Notes: a model not told the origin generated them from the sequence alone. A stretch of 64,000 nt of DNA from Gemmobacter sp. (GCA_040398445.1 JBBAUB010000014.1:1884-65883); one strand, 5' to 3'; shown: positions 39,222 to 48,825, counted from the stretch's first letter. Translations and numbers: made by a program.

Positions 39222-40450
39222 GCAGCAACCCCTGCATTCACGCGGCGCACGAAACGATCCCAGGCACGGGCGGCGTAATTGTATTCGTCCATGACGGTGT
39301 TCCAGATCACGATGCGTCGCGCCCGGTCGATGTAAGGCCCCCCTGCCCGCCGTTCGCCCGTCTTGACCGCCACTTCCCCATCCGGCCCTGCAAGATCACG
39401 CGACGCGGCGGCCCCTTCGTACCAATAGGCCCATTCCTCGGGTGCCAGCCATTCACGCGCCCGCTGCGGATTCGAGATGTAATATCCCTGCCGCGCCATC
39501 ACCGCGCCGGCATAGCCCGAAAGCCACCAGTTCAGGTATTCATAGGCCATGTCGAGTTCCGCACCGCGCAAGTGGCGCGACAGGCTCGCGCCGCCGTGCC
39601 ACGCCCGATACCCTTCGGAAGGTGCCGATTCCACGAAATGCGGCCGCGCCTTGCGCAGCTTGCCATAGACCGGCGACCACATGCTCTGGATCGCCACTGC
39701 GCCGCGTTCGGCCAGATCGGCGGCTTCGACCCCGTCACGCCACGTGGCGCAAAAATAGCCCTCGGTCCGCCGCTCTTCCAGCAGCGCCATCAGCGCGTTG
39801 ATCTCTTCGATGGTCATGTTGCCGATATCGGCAAACTCGATCTCGCCCGTGGCTTCTGCGGCAAGGGCCGCGTCGAAAAACCCGATGGCGGGTTCGTCGA
39901 CCAAGGCGATCCGCCCCTTGGCCCGGCGGTCAAGCAACCAGCCCCAGCTTGGCCGCACGTCGGGCCCTGCCCCAAAGACCCGCGCGTCATAGCCGAAACT
40001 GTCCATGTTGTGGACGGTCGGCAGCATGCTGATATGGCGCGATTGTTTTGGCCCCAGAAAACCGCCGGGCTGCACGTAAAGCTTTTTCGCCGGAGCGTCG
40101 CCACGCCCGCGCCCGGCGTATTTGCTGACCCCGCCAAGCTTCACGAGGTCCGAGATATTGTCCCATTCCGGCACGCGCCCGATGTCGATGGGCTGCAATG
40201 CCCCCCAAAACCACACGATATCGAGGTTGTGGAAACACTGTTCGTAAATGTCATAGCTTTCGGGGGCCATCGCAGCCTGGCGTTGGCAGGTCAAAAAATC
40301 CATCTTCTCGAAAGCGATGTCGAACCCCAGATCAGCCCGCGCTCTGTCGCGCACCGGATCGAGAAGCGTGATCGACGTGCCAAGCACCCGCAACTTGCGC
40401 CGCGATACGATCAGGGGGGTCGCAAGTCCGGATTTCGCGTCGTCTTTCAT
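39218..40450 (-). CDS. Signal-peptide-less (predicted cytoplasmic) paralogue of the PotD/F-like solute-binding protein
   Basis: Its C-terminus APEEWAYWYEG...IVIWNTVMDEYNYAARAWDRFV parallels APEKYAFWYEG...VAYWHQWPDEYDLLISKWDEFL of the SBP at 32411-33631. The N-terminus MKDDAKSGLATPLIVSRRKLRVLGTS aligns to the mature SBP start and lacks an h-region and AxA site. ATGA overlap with the GntR gene. Confidence 0.65.
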   Translation of the reverse strand: MKDDAKSGLATPLIVSRRKLRVLGTSITLLDPVRDRARADLGFDIAFEKMDFLTCQRQAAMAPESYDIYEQCFHNLDIVWFWGALQPIDIGRVPEWDNISDLVKLGGVSKYAGRGRGDAPAKKLYVQPGGFLGPKQSRHISMLPTVHNMDSFGYDARVFGAGPDVRPSWGWLLDRRAKGRIALVDEPAIGFFDAALAAEATGEIEFADIGNMTIEEINALMALLEERRTEGYFCATWRDGVEAADLAERGAVAIQSMWSPVYGKLRKARPHFVESAPSEGYRAWHGGASLSRHLRGAELDMAYEYLNWWLSGYAGAVMARQGYYISNPQRAREWLAPEEWAYWYEGAAASRDLAGPDGEVAVKTGERRAGGPYIDRARRIVIWNTVMDEYNYAARAWDRFVRRVNAGVAA

Positions 40451-40469
40451 CGTCCCTCGCAGCGGGTAA

Positions 40470-40499
40470 GGGCGGGGCAGCTGTCGCTGCCCCCGCCCC
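40470..40499 (-). other. GC-rich 12-13-bp hairpin separating the carboxylase operon from the SBP-like/GntR genes
   Basis: GGGCGGGGCAGC-TGTC-GCTGCCCCCGCCC with one bulge. There is no U-tract on the minus strand. Confidence 0.45.
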
Positions 40500-40515
40500 G
40501 TTTCGGTCGCCGCCT

Positions 40516-41487
40516 TCAGACCAGTGCGGCAGCGACGGCGTCAAGCGTCGCCTTGCGGTCGTGCCGCGCTTGAAGCGCCTGTTCCATCGTCACCTTGACG
40601 AAGCGCGTCGGCGTGTGGGGCTGCAACTGCCCGATCAGGTCCATATCGGCTGACACGACGGTGCCCACCATGAAATAGCCCCCGCCCGACACGGCATCAC
40701 GGTGCAGCACGATGGGTTCGGTACCGCCGGGCACCTGAACCGACCCGTAGGGATAGCAGGCGTCCACGATGTTCGACGGGTCAGACCCCGCGCCAAAGGG
40801 CTGCTCGCGGTCGACGAATTCAAGCGGATGGCCCGCCTTGAACCGGTATCCGATGCGGTCCGCTTCGGGCGCGACCTTCCACGTATCTTCAAAAAAGGTC
40901 TTTCCCGCGCCTTCGGTAATGCGGTGCCAGTACAGGCCCGGCAGCATCCGCAGTTCTGCCGGCATGCCCGGCTTGCGCCGCAAAGCGTCGGGCAGTCTGC
41001 GCCCTTCGGTCGCCCCCTTGCCAGCGCCCAGGGGCAGAACATCTCCTGCCGCCAACTTGCGCCCGTGAAACCCGCCCAGCGCGCCCAGCGTATAGGTCGA
41101 CCGCGAGCCAAGCACGACAGGCACGTCGATCCCGCCCGCGATGGCGATATAGGCCCGCGCTCCGGTTTTCAGGAAGCCGAAGCTCAGGACTTGCCCCTTT
41201 TTCACCCGAAATGCGGTCCATCCGGCTTGCTCTATGCCATCTACGCGGGGCGGCATGTCGGCCCCCGTCACGGCAACCGTGGCATCGGCGGTAAACTCTA
41301 GCTCCGGCCCCAGAAACACCGCTTCCAGCGCGGCATCGCCCGCCGCATTGCCGACAAGCAGGTTCGCCGCCGTCAGCGACAGCGTGTCCATCGCGCCAGA
41401 AACCGGAATTCCGATATGGTAATATCCGGGGCGGCCAAGGTCTTGCACCGTGGTCGAAAGGCCCGGCTTGATGACGTTAATGGCCAT
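40516..41487 (-). CDS. KipA / PxpC / allophanate-hydrolase-subunit-2 family (carboxyltransferase-domain subunit 2)
   Basis: MAINVIKPGLSTTVQDLGRPGYYHIGIPVSGAMD is the hallmark N-terminus of this family. It overlaps the upstream gene by 11 nt. Confidence 0.8.
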   Translation of the reverse strand: MAINVIKPGLSTTVQDLGRPGYYHIGIPVSGAMDTLSLTAANLLVGNAAGDAALEAVFLGPELEFTADATVAVTGADMPPRVDGIEQAGWTAFRVKKGQVLSFGFLKTGARAYIAIAGGIDVPVVLGSRSTYTLGALGGFHGRKLAAGDVLPLGAGKGATEGRRLPDALRRKPGMPAELRMLPGLYWHRITEGAGKTFFEDTWKVAPEADRIGYRFKAGHPLEFVDREQPFGAGSDPSNIVDACYPYGSVQVPGGTEPIVLHRDAVSGGGYFMVGTVVSADMDLIGQLQPHTPTRFVKVTMEQALQARHDRKATLDAVAAALV

Positions 41488-42352
41488 TGAGAGCCTCCAT
41501 GATACGGGCATTGGTCCCGTCGATATCCTTCTGGAATTCCGCCAGCGAAAAACTCACCGGCGCGATGCGCGGCATCCAGCGGCCCGCGTCCACCTCGGCA
41601 ACCGTATGGTCATATTCCGCGCGGTCGATGGGCTTCCATTTCACGATATCGCCGGGGCTGAACAGGCACATGAAATCGCGCAGGTAAGGCACCGTCTGGT
41701 TCGGGTCATAGATCGGCATCGGGGTGATGCCGAACATCTGGTAGCCCCCCGCCCCGCGCACCGAATAGATGCAGGCAAAACAGCCGCCATGCCCCACGGT
41801 CAGCCGCGGCGTATCGGTGCGCGGACGCAGATACTTCGGCGACTGGATCTGACGCGGGCGGTCGACCATCTGGTACAGGAACGGCAGACCCGCCACGAAC
41901 CCCACCATCGACACGAACCACGGCGCGCCGGAATGGGCCTTGACGAAGCCGTCCACCCCGTCAAGCCCGTTGATCCGCGCCGTGTATTCGATATCGGTCG
42001 AGGTCGGATCCTGATGCCTTTCGCGAAAGCGCATCAATGTCTCGTGCGTCCATGGATCGTTGTAGAGCACCGGCACTTCGATGATCCGCGTCTGCAACAC
42101 CGGCGCTGCCGATTGCGCGACGGTTTCGAGCTTTTTCAGCTCGGCCATCATCGCATCGGGCGAAATCACGTCAGGATCGAAGCGCACCTGAAACGACGCG
42201 TTGGCGGGGCAAATCTCGGTCACGCCCTTGATCTTGGCATCGCGCAGGGCGCTGGTGATCGACATGCCCTTGAAAAAGGCTTCGAGCGACATTTCCTCAT
42301 CACATTCGACAAAGATATGTTCGTCGCCGCCAAAGGAGTATCTGGTCTTCAT
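41477..42352 (-). CDS. KipI / PxpB / allophanate-hydrolase-subunit-1 family (carboxyltransferase-domain subunit 1), long form
   Basis: MKTRYSFGGDEHIFVECDEEMSLEA...TEICPANASFQVRFDP...VSMVGFVAGLPFL. 291 aa. ATGA overlap with the biotin carboxylase gene. Confidence 0.7.
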   Translation of the reverse strand: MKTRYSFGGDEHIFVECDEEMSLEAFFKGMSITSALRDAKIKGVTEICPANASFQVRFDPDVISPDAMMAELKKLETVAQSAAPVLQTRIIEVPVLYNDPWTHETLMRFRERHQDPTSTDIEYTARINGLDGVDGFVKAHSGAPWFVSMVGFVAGLPFLYQMVDRPRQIQSPKYLRPRTDTPRLTVGHGGCFACIYSVRGAGGYQMFGITPMPIYDPNQTVPYLRDFMCLFSPGDIVKWKPIDRAEYDHTVAEVDAGRWMPRIAPVSFSLAEFQKDIDGTNARIMEALNGH

Positions 42353-43725
42353 TCCGGGGTCTCCTCAAGCCGGTGTGCATTCTGCTCGAGCCAAGGCTCC
42401 AGCCAGCGGGTGTGGAAATCGGCACGCGCGACATCGGGGTCGCGGGCCAGCAGCATGTGCAGCGGGCGGGTGGTCGGCAGGCCTTCGACCGCCAGTTCGT
42501 CAAGCGCCCGCCGCATGCGGGCAATCGCCGAAGGACGGTCTTCATCCCACACGATCAGCTTGCCCAGAAGCGAGTCGTAGAAGGGCGGCACGGTGTAGCC
42601 CTGATACAGCATCGTATCGAAGCGCACGCCCGCGCCCCCCGGCACCCGCAGCGCCGAAATCGTACCGGGGGCGGGCTGAAAGCCCTTGGACGGGTCTTCG
42701 GCGCAAATCCGCACTTCGATGGCATGGCCCGTCAGGCGGATGTCGTCTTGCCGGTAGCGGAGCGGTTCGCCCCCTGCGATGCGGATCATCTCGCGCACCA
42801 GATCCATCCCCGTGACCATTTCCGTCACCGGATGTTCGACCTGAATGCGCGTGTTCATCTCGATGAAGTAGAACGCGCCCGATGCATCGTCATACAGGTA
42901 TTCCAGCGTTCCCGCGCCGCGATAGCCCACCGCTTCGGCCAAGGCGACCGCCGAGGCGCAGAGTTTCTCGCGCATCGCCTGCGGCAAGCTGGCCGAGGGC
43001 GCTTCTTCCCACACCTTCTGCCGCCGCCGTTGCAGCGAACATTCGCGTTCAAAGCAATGCACCGCCCGCGTGCCGTCACCCAGCACCTGCACCTCGATAT
43101 GGCGGGCGCGTTCGATGACCTTTTCCATATACAGGCCACCATCGCCAAAGGCCGCTTTCGCCTCGGCGCTGGCCTGCGGCATCAGGCGGTCGAATTCTTC
43201 CATGTCATGGGCGATGCGGATACCGCGCCCGCCCCCGCCCGCCGCCGCCTTGATCATCACCGGAAAACCGATGGACAGCGCCAAGGCACGGGCCTGTTCG
43301 GGGTCGTCGATGCGCCCGTCTGACCCGGGCACCACCGGCACGCCCGCCGCCTTGGCGGCGATACGGGCGGCGACCTTGTCGCCCATCACGCGGATGCTAT
43401 CGCCCTTTGGGCCGACCCAGACCATCCCGGCCGCTTCCACCGCATCGGCGAAATTGGCGTTTTCGGCCAGAAAGCCATAGCCCGGATGCACCGCATCCGC
43501 CCCCGTCAGGCGCGCGGCTTCAAGGATCGCGTCGATCTTCAGATAGGATTTCGACGCCGCTGGCGGGCCGATGGGCACCGCCTCGTCCGCCAGTTTCACC
43601 GCCAGACTGTCGGCATCGGCAAGGCTGTGAACCTGCACCGTGGCAATGCCAAGCTCTTTGGCGGCGCGGATGATCCGCACCGCGATCTCGCCCCGGTTGG
43701 CGACGAGAAGTTTCTTTATCGCCAT
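42349..43725 (-). CDS. Biotin carboxylase (AccC-like, ATP-grasp)
   Basis: MAIKKLLVANRGEIAVRIIRAAKELGI...HPGYGFLAEN...IEMNTRIQVEHPVTE. Confidence 0.9.
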   Translation of the reverse strand: MAIKKLLVANRGEIAVRIIRAAKELGIATVQVHSLADADSLAVKLADEAVPIGPPAASKSYLKIDAILEAARLTGADAVHPGYGFLAENANFADAVEAAGMVWVGPKGDSIRVMGDKVAARIAAKAAGVPVVPGSDGRIDDPEQARALALSIGFPVMIKAAAGGGGRGIRIAHDMEEFDRLMPQASAEAKAAFGDGGLYMEKVIERARHIEVQVLGDGTRAVHCFERECSLQRRRQKVWEEAPSASLPQAMREKLCASAVALAEAVGYRGAGTLEYLYDDASGAFYFIEMNTRIQVEHPVTEMVTGMDLVREMIRIAGGEPLRYRQDDIRLTGHAIEVRICAEDPSKGFQPAPGTISALRVPGGAGVRFDTMLYQGYTVPPFYDSLLGKLIVWDEDRPSAIARMRRALDELAVEGLPTTRPLHMLLARDPDVARADFHTRWLEPWLEQNAHRLEETPE

Positions 43726-43728
43726 CCC

Positions 43729-43965
43729 TCAGCCCAACTCGACCAGCGGCTGACCGGCCATCACCGGCTCTTCGTCATCGGCCGGAAAGGCCGTGATCAC
43801 GCCCGCCTGATCGGCGGCGACTTCGTTGAACGACTTCATCACCTCGATCAACCCGATCACGTCGCCCACCGCCACGCTGTCGCCCACCTCCTTGTAAACC
43901 GGTTTGTCGGGCGAGGGGCGGCGGTAGAACGTGCCGGGCAGCGGGGAAAGAATTTGCTTGGCCAT
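43729..43965 (-). CDS. Minimal (78 aa) biotin carboxyl carrier protein / biotinyl domain
   Basis: GDVIGLIEVMKSFNEV is a biotinyl-lysine motif in the variant form VMKS instead of the common AMKM. There is no N-terminal extension. Confidence 0.75.
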   Translation of the reverse strand: MAKQILSPLPGTFYRRPSPDKPVYKEVGDSVAVGDVIGLIEVMKSFNEVAADQAGVITAFPADDEEPVMAGQPLVELG

Positions 43966-43984
43966 TGTCTTGTCCTTTTCGGTT

Positions 43985-44704
43985 TCAGGCCGCCGATTTC
44001 ACCGCAGAGCGCACCGCTTGGGCGACCTGAACGGCATTCGGCGTGTCGGAGTGAACGCAAATCGCATCGGCGCGGACGGCAACATCGACACCGCCGACAG
44101 ACCGCACCACGCCCTCGCGCATCGCCCGCAGGCAGGCGGCGGCGGCGGCGGCGGGATCGGTGGCCGCATGTTCGCGAGTGATGATAAGACCGCCCTGATC
44201 GTTGTAATCAAGATCGGCATAGAATTCCGACACGAAGGCATGCCCCCGCGCGGTATAGACGCTTTCGTGCAGCGTGCCCGCCATGCCGTAAAGCGGCACG
44301 CGGAAGATATCGGCCACATCGGCCACGGCATGCGCCACATCCTCCATCCGCGCGGCCATGCCGTATAGCGAACCGTGCGGCTTGATGTGGTTCAATTCTA
44401 CCCCCTCGGCCTGAAGGAATCCCTTCAACGCGCCGATCTGGTAGATCATGCAGTTGACCAGCTCCTCGCGCCCGATCTTCATCTCGCGCCGCCCGAACCC
44501 CTGAAGGTCGGGCAATGACGGATGTGCCCCCACCTTGACGCCGCATTGCTTGGCAAGCTGCACCGTCCGGCGCATGTGGTTGAAATCCGACGCGTGAAAG
44601 CCGCAGGCCACGTTCGCTACGTCGATCAGGGGCATCAGCCCGTCATCGTCACCGATGCGGTAAAGGCCGAAGCCTTCGCCCATATCGCAGTTGATGATGG
44701 TCAT
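43985..44704 (-). CDS. LamB/YcsF family (PxpA, 5-oxoprolinase subunit A-like)
   Basis: MTIINCDMGEGFG...ANVACGFHASD...GAHPSLPDLQGFGRR. ATGA overlap with the upstream hydantoinase A gene. Confidence 0.85.
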   Translation of the reverse strand: MTIINCDMGEGFGLYRIGDDDGLMPLIDVANVACGFHASDFNHMRRTVQLAKQCGVKVGAHPSLPDLQGFGRREMKIGREELVNCMIYQIGALKGFLQAEGVELNHIKPHGSLYGMAARMEDVAHAVADVADIFRVPLYGMAGTLHESVYTARGHAFVSEFYADLDYNDQGGLIITREHAATDPAAAAAACLRAMREGVVRSVGGVDVAVRADAICVHSDTPNAVQVAQAVRSAVKSAA

Positions 44705-46788
44705 GCCGCATCCCCCGTATAGTCGAGCAGATAGACGCCCGTTTCCGTCAGTTCCGCCGTCCAGCCCGGTTCCACCACCAGCGTGGTGGTGACTTCCTCG
44801 ATCACGGCGGGGCCGTCGATGCGGTCACCTGCCCCCAGCTTTTCGCCGGTATAGACCGGCGTATCCTGCACGGTGCCATCGGCGCCGAAAATCATCGCCC
44901 GCGTTCCGGCCAGCGCCTTGTCGGCCCCCTGCCCCTTGGCAATCGTCATCCGGCGCGGTTTGTCGACCCGCCCCGAGATCGCGCTTTCCACGTTCACCAC
45001 CTCGACCACGCTACCCGGTTCCGAATAGGTGTAAAGCTCTTCGTGCCGCGCATGGAATGCCGCCTTGAGCCGATCAAGCGCGGCCTCATCCAGCGTGAAG
45101 GGGTCTACATCGACTGTACATTCATGCACCTGCCCGACATAGCGCATATCCAGACTGCGCAGGATGGAAATCCGGTCTTCGGTGAAACCGTCTTTCTTGA
45201 GGTCGGCCACGCCCCGCGCTTCCAGCCCGTTGAACAGACCGTCCAGCTTGGCCGCTGCCGCCGCCCCTTCCAGACGCACCGGAGCGGGTGCCATGTAGTT
45301 GTATTTCACGTCCGAAATGATCTGCCCGTAGGCGCAAAGCCCTGACGCCAGCTTTGACACCAGCACGCGGGTGATGCCCATTTCCCGCGCAAGTGCGGTG
45401 ATATGCGCGCCCGTGGCCCCGCCCGCACAGTTCAGCACGAAATCGCGCGGGTCGTAGCCGCGTTCGACCGACACGCGGCGGATGGCGTTGACCATGTTGT
45501 TGTTAACGATGGTGAACATGCCATAGGCGGCCTGTTCGATGCTAAGCGAAAGCGGCTTGGCCAGATGCGCGTCGATGGCCTTTTGCGCCTTGTCCACCGC
45601 CAAGGGCAGGCGCCCGCCCACCAGACCATCGGGGTTCAGATAGCCCAGCACCAGATTGGCATCCGTGGTCGTCGGCTTTTCGCCGCCTTGGTCGTAACAG
45701 GCTGGCCCCGGTTCGGACCCTGCCGATTGCGGACCCATCTGCAAAAGACCCATCGAGTCGATCCAACCGATCGACCCGCCGCCTGCGCCCAGCGTTTCGA
45801 CCTGAATCATCGGAATCCCGATGCGGTAGCGCAGAAAGTCGATGTTTTTCGACACATTCGCCCGCCCGTCGCGCGTCAGCGTGATGTCGAAGCTGGTGCC
45901 GCCCATATCGACCGTAATGATGTTCTTCAGGCCCCAAGGCTCTCCGATATACAGCGCCGCCTGCGGGGCCGAGGCGGGGCCCGAGTTGATGGCATAGACC
46001 GACTGGTCCGACACCACCGACCCCAGCGCCAACCCGCCGTTGGACTGGAAGTAGCGCACGGGGTTCTTGGCACCCAGGCTGCGGAAATAGCCGTCCACCG
46101 CTTCGACATAGCGCGACAGGATGGGTGCCAGATAGGCGTTCACGATGGCGGTCGAGGTGCGGGTGTATTCGCGCACCTGCGGATAAAGCAGGCTGCCCAC
46201 GGTCAGCCGCACGCCGGGCATCATTTCGCGCACGATATCGGCGGCGCGCAATTCATGGTCGGGGTGCAGCACGGACCACACGAAGCTGATGGCGACCGAA
46301 TCCACGCCTTCGCGCAGGAAATGGCGGCAGGCGTCGCGCACGTCATCTTCGTTCAGCGGCGTATGCACCGCGCCGGTCGAGACCACCCGTTCGCGCACGC
46401 CACGCCGCAGGTAGCGCGGCACCAGCATTCGGGCGGGCGGATATTCGGGGTCGTAGCGATAGCCGTCTTCCTTATGGCCCAGACGGATTTCGATGCTGTC
46501 TTCATGCCCCGCCGTGGCGATCAGCCCCGTGCGTGCGCCCTTGTGCTGGATCAGCGCGTTTAGGCCGACGGTCGTGCCGTTGATGCACAGATCGGCGTTC
46601 GAGACGATCTCGGTCGCTGTGATGCCGGTTTCTTCCTCGATCAGGGACAGCCCGTTGCGGATGGCTTGGGTCGGGTCTTGCGGGGTGGACAGAGCCTTGA
46701 AGATCCGCACCTCGCCGGTGCGGTCGGCAAGGATGAAATCGGTGAAGGTGCCGCCGGCATCGATGCCAAGACGATAGGTGTTCTGCAT
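44701..46788 (-). CDS. Hydantoinase A / oxoprolinase family alpha subunit (pair 2, lactamase/OplA-like arrangement)
   Basis: MQNTYRLGIDAGGTFTDFILADRTGE... 695 aa. The gene order is B then A, unlike pairs 1 and 3. Confidence 0.85.
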   Translation of the reverse strand: MQNTYRLGIDAGGTFTDFILADRTGEVRIFKALSTPQDPTQAIRNGLSLIEEETGITATEIVSNADLCINGTTVGLNALIQHKGARTGLIATAGHEDSIEIRLGHKEDGYRYDPEYPPARMLVPRYLRRGVRERVVSTGAVHTPLNEDDVRDACRHFLREGVDSVAISFVWSVLHPDHELRAADIVREMMPGVRLTVGSLLYPQVREYTRTSTAIVNAYLAPILSRYVEAVDGYFRSLGAKNPVRYFQSNGGLALGSVVSDQSVYAINSGPASAPQAALYIGEPWGLKNIITVDMGGTSFDITLTRDGRANVSKNIDFLRYRIGIPMIQVETLGAGGGSIGWIDSMGLLQMGPQSAGSEPGPACYDQGGEKPTTTDANLVLGYLNPDGLVGGRLPLAVDKAQKAIDAHLAKPLSLSIEQAAYGMFTIVNNNMVNAIRRVSVERGYDPRDFVLNCAGGATGAHITALAREMGITRVLVSKLASGLCAYGQIISDVKYNYMAPAPVRLEGAAAAAKLDGLFNGLEARGVADLKKDGFTEDRISILRSLDMRYVGQVHECTVDVDPFTLDEAALDRLKAAFHARHEELYTYSEPGSVVEVVNVESAISGRVDKPRRMTIAKGQGADKALAGTRAMIFGADGTVQDTPVYTGEKLGAGDRIDGPAVIEEVTTTLVVEPGWTAELTETGVYLLDYTGDAA

Positions 46789-46806
46789 GGTGTTCTTCCT
46801 TGTCCG

Positions 46807-48561
46807 TCAGGCAGCGGTTGCGCGCAGGGCGGCGGTGGCTTTGGTATCGACCGCCAGCGTGTCGCGGTCGGTGATCACCACGCCATAATCGAGCCGCGCC
46901 CCCTCGAGGCTGACCAAACCGTTGCGAACATCTTCGACCACTTTCTGCACGTCGCGTTCGAAGGCGTTGCCGTAACCCCCGCCACCGGGGTTCTTGTTCG
47001 CGGCCCGCTCTCCGGGCTGGATGGTTTCGATCACGTTGTCGGTGATGATCTGGGTCGCGCCATTGCGGGTCAGTTCAAGCCGCCCGACCTTTTTCGACAC
47101 CATGGCCGATTTCGCCCCCGCAGCCCCCATCGCCGGAATGCGCCGCCCTTCGCCAAAGGTGATCAGCGTCATCGGCGTATCCAGCGGCTCGACCTCCCAG
47201 CAGGTGCCAGACCCGCCACGGTTCTTGCCCGCCCCGCCACTATCCTCCATCAGCGAATAGCGGTGGATGATGATCGGATAGCTGTGTTCCAGCATCTCGA
47301 TATCGCCACTGGTCAGGGCGCCGAAACAGCACTCTGGCCCCACTGCGTGCCAACCATCGGCCTGCGACGTCGCCCCCGCCCCCGAGATGATCGAGGCCAG
47401 AACCATCGTCACATATTCCTCGTCGTGCCGCTTGTCCCAGCCTGCGATGTTGCAGCCGTTGGCATGGCCCCAACTGGCCGAAACCTTGTGCGGTGCCGCC
47501 TGTTCGAACGCCAGACGCACGGCATCGGTCAGGGTTTCCATCGGCGTCGTGGTGCAGTTCATGTGCGGCGCAGGCGACTTGGCGTTGCACAGCGTTCCCT
47601 TCGGCCCCATGTCGGTGCTGACGCAGCGATACAGCCCCTCGTTATAGGGTGGCGGCAATTGTGCGAACATCATCAGACCAAGGTAGACGCCCGAATGGCT
47701 GTTTCCTTCGTAGCTGTTGATGAAATACGGGATTTGCGGCGGCGACTGGATGGCGATGTGGCAGCCATCGCCCTTGATCGTCACAGTCGCCGTGATCTCG
47801 AAATCGCCAAATCCGTGGCCCGCATCCTCAAGAATGGCGGTGCCGGTATAGGTGCCATCCGGCACCTCGGCGATCAGGCTGCGCATGTGGTGCTCGGCCA
47901 TGTCGAGCAGTTCGGCGATGCACTCTTGCACCATCGCCTTGCCGTATTTGTCCATCAGCCGCTTGAGGTTGCGCGCGCCCACCTGACAGGCCCCGATCAA
48001 GGCGTTGAAGTCGCCCTCTTGGTCGCGGCGCGCGCGCATGTTGGACAGGATCATGTTCATCACGTCATGGCGCGGTTTGCCCTGATCCCAGATCTTGATG
48101 GGCGGAATACGCAGGCCTTCGGCATAGATCTCGGTCGCGTTGGGATTGTAACCCGCAGGCACCGGCCCGCCGATATCGGTCAGGTGGCCCTTGCACACCG
48201 TCCAGAACACCAGCTCGCCCTGATAGAACACCGGCATATACATGCAGGTGTCGATGATATGCGACCCGCCATAGACCGGGTCGTTGTGCAGCATCAGGTC
48301 GCCGTCATGGATGTCGCCCTCGAAATATTTGGCGACCGATTTCATCGCGGGAATAAGCGATCCAAGGTGGATCGGGATATCCTGCCCTTGCAAGATCATC
48401 TCGGGTGCATGGTTGAACAGTGCGGTCGAATAATCATGCGCAAGGTTGAACACCGACGACCGCGCGGTCTGCTCCAGCGCCAATGTCATCTCGCGCTGCG
48501 TCGTTTCAAGCACGCCGCGTACCACCGAAAGCGTGATCGGGTCGATATTCCGTTTTGCCAT
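46807..48561 (-). CDS. Hydantoinase B / oxoprolinase family beta subunit (pair 2)
   Basis: MAKRNIDPITLSVVRGVLETTQREMTLALEQTARSSVFNLAHDYSTALFN... GGGAG RBS. ORF 46807..48666 was trimmed to ATG 48561. Confidence 0.85.
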   Translation of the reverse strand: MAKRNIDPITLSVVRGVLETTQREMTLALEQTARSSVFNLAHDYSTALFNHAPEMILQGQDIPIHLGSLIPAMKSVAKYFEGDIHDGDLMLHNDPVYGGSHIIDTCMYMPVFYQGELVFWTVCKGHLTDIGGPVPAGYNPNATEIYAEGLRIPPIKIWDQGKPRHDVMNMILSNMRARRDQEGDFNALIGACQVGARNLKRLMDKYGKAMVQECIAELLDMAEHHMRSLIAEVPDGTYTGTAILEDAGHGFGDFEITATVTIKGDGCHIAIQSPPQIPYFINSYEGNSHSGVYLGLMMFAQLPPPYNEGLYRCVSTDMGPKGTLCNAKSPAPHMNCTTTPMETLTDAVRLAFEQAAPHKVSASWGHANGCNIAGWDKRHDEEYVTMVLASIISGAGATSQADGWHAVGPECCFGALTSGDIEMLEHSYPIIIHRYSLMEDSGGAGKNRGGSGTCWEVEPLDTPMTLITFGEGRRIPAMGAAGAKSAMVSKKVGRLELTRNGATQIITDNVIETIQPGERAANKNPGGGGYGNAFERDVQKVVEDVRNGLVSLEGARLDYGVVITDRDTLAVDTKATAALRATAA

Positions 48562-48700
48562 GCCGGTCTCCCTGACTTGAACAGGCAAACGAATCCCGAT
48601 GCCGTCCTCGAACGACAGCCTGCGCTGTAACCGGCACGCCTGTCTTGTCACAGGGCGCACCGGCATTTGTCATCCAGTGCACTTGGCTGCTGACAGCGCG

Positions 48701-48719
48701 TTTTCCGGCGCGGGAAACG
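48701..48719. promoter_or_regulatory. 7-5-7 inverted repeat GTTTTCC-GGCGC-GGGAAAC
   Basis: Lies in the 340-bp divergent region between hyuB (pair 2) and the AraC gene. One mismatch from perfect symmetry. Confidence 0.4.
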
Positions 48720-48782
48720 GGCGCAAATTCCGCAGAGCCCGTGGCTGGCCCTACTGCCCGCCTGCCAGAGGGAGGAACCGCG

Positions 48783-48801
48783 TTTTCCACGTCGGAAAAC
48801 G
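48783..48801. promoter_or_regulatory. Perfect 7-5-7 inverted repeat GTTTTCC-ACGTC-GGAAAAC
   Basis: Same architecture as 48701-48719, with centres 82 bp apart. Confidence 0.45.
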
Positions 48802-48805
48802 GCAG

Positions 48806-48825
48806 GAAAAATGCGTCATTTTCCG
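48806..48825. promoter_or_regulatory. Everted repeat GGAAAA-N8-TTTTCC using the same half-site
   Basis: Read directly from the sequence. It follows immediately after the 48783-48801 site. Confidence 0.35.

Noticed and set aside
44135-44152. (GGC)6 trinucleotide repeat.
   Set aside because: It lies in frame inside the LamB/PxpA gene, encoding a poly-Ala run (DPAAAAAAC). It is a short coding microsatellite with no evidence of phase variation or regulatory function.
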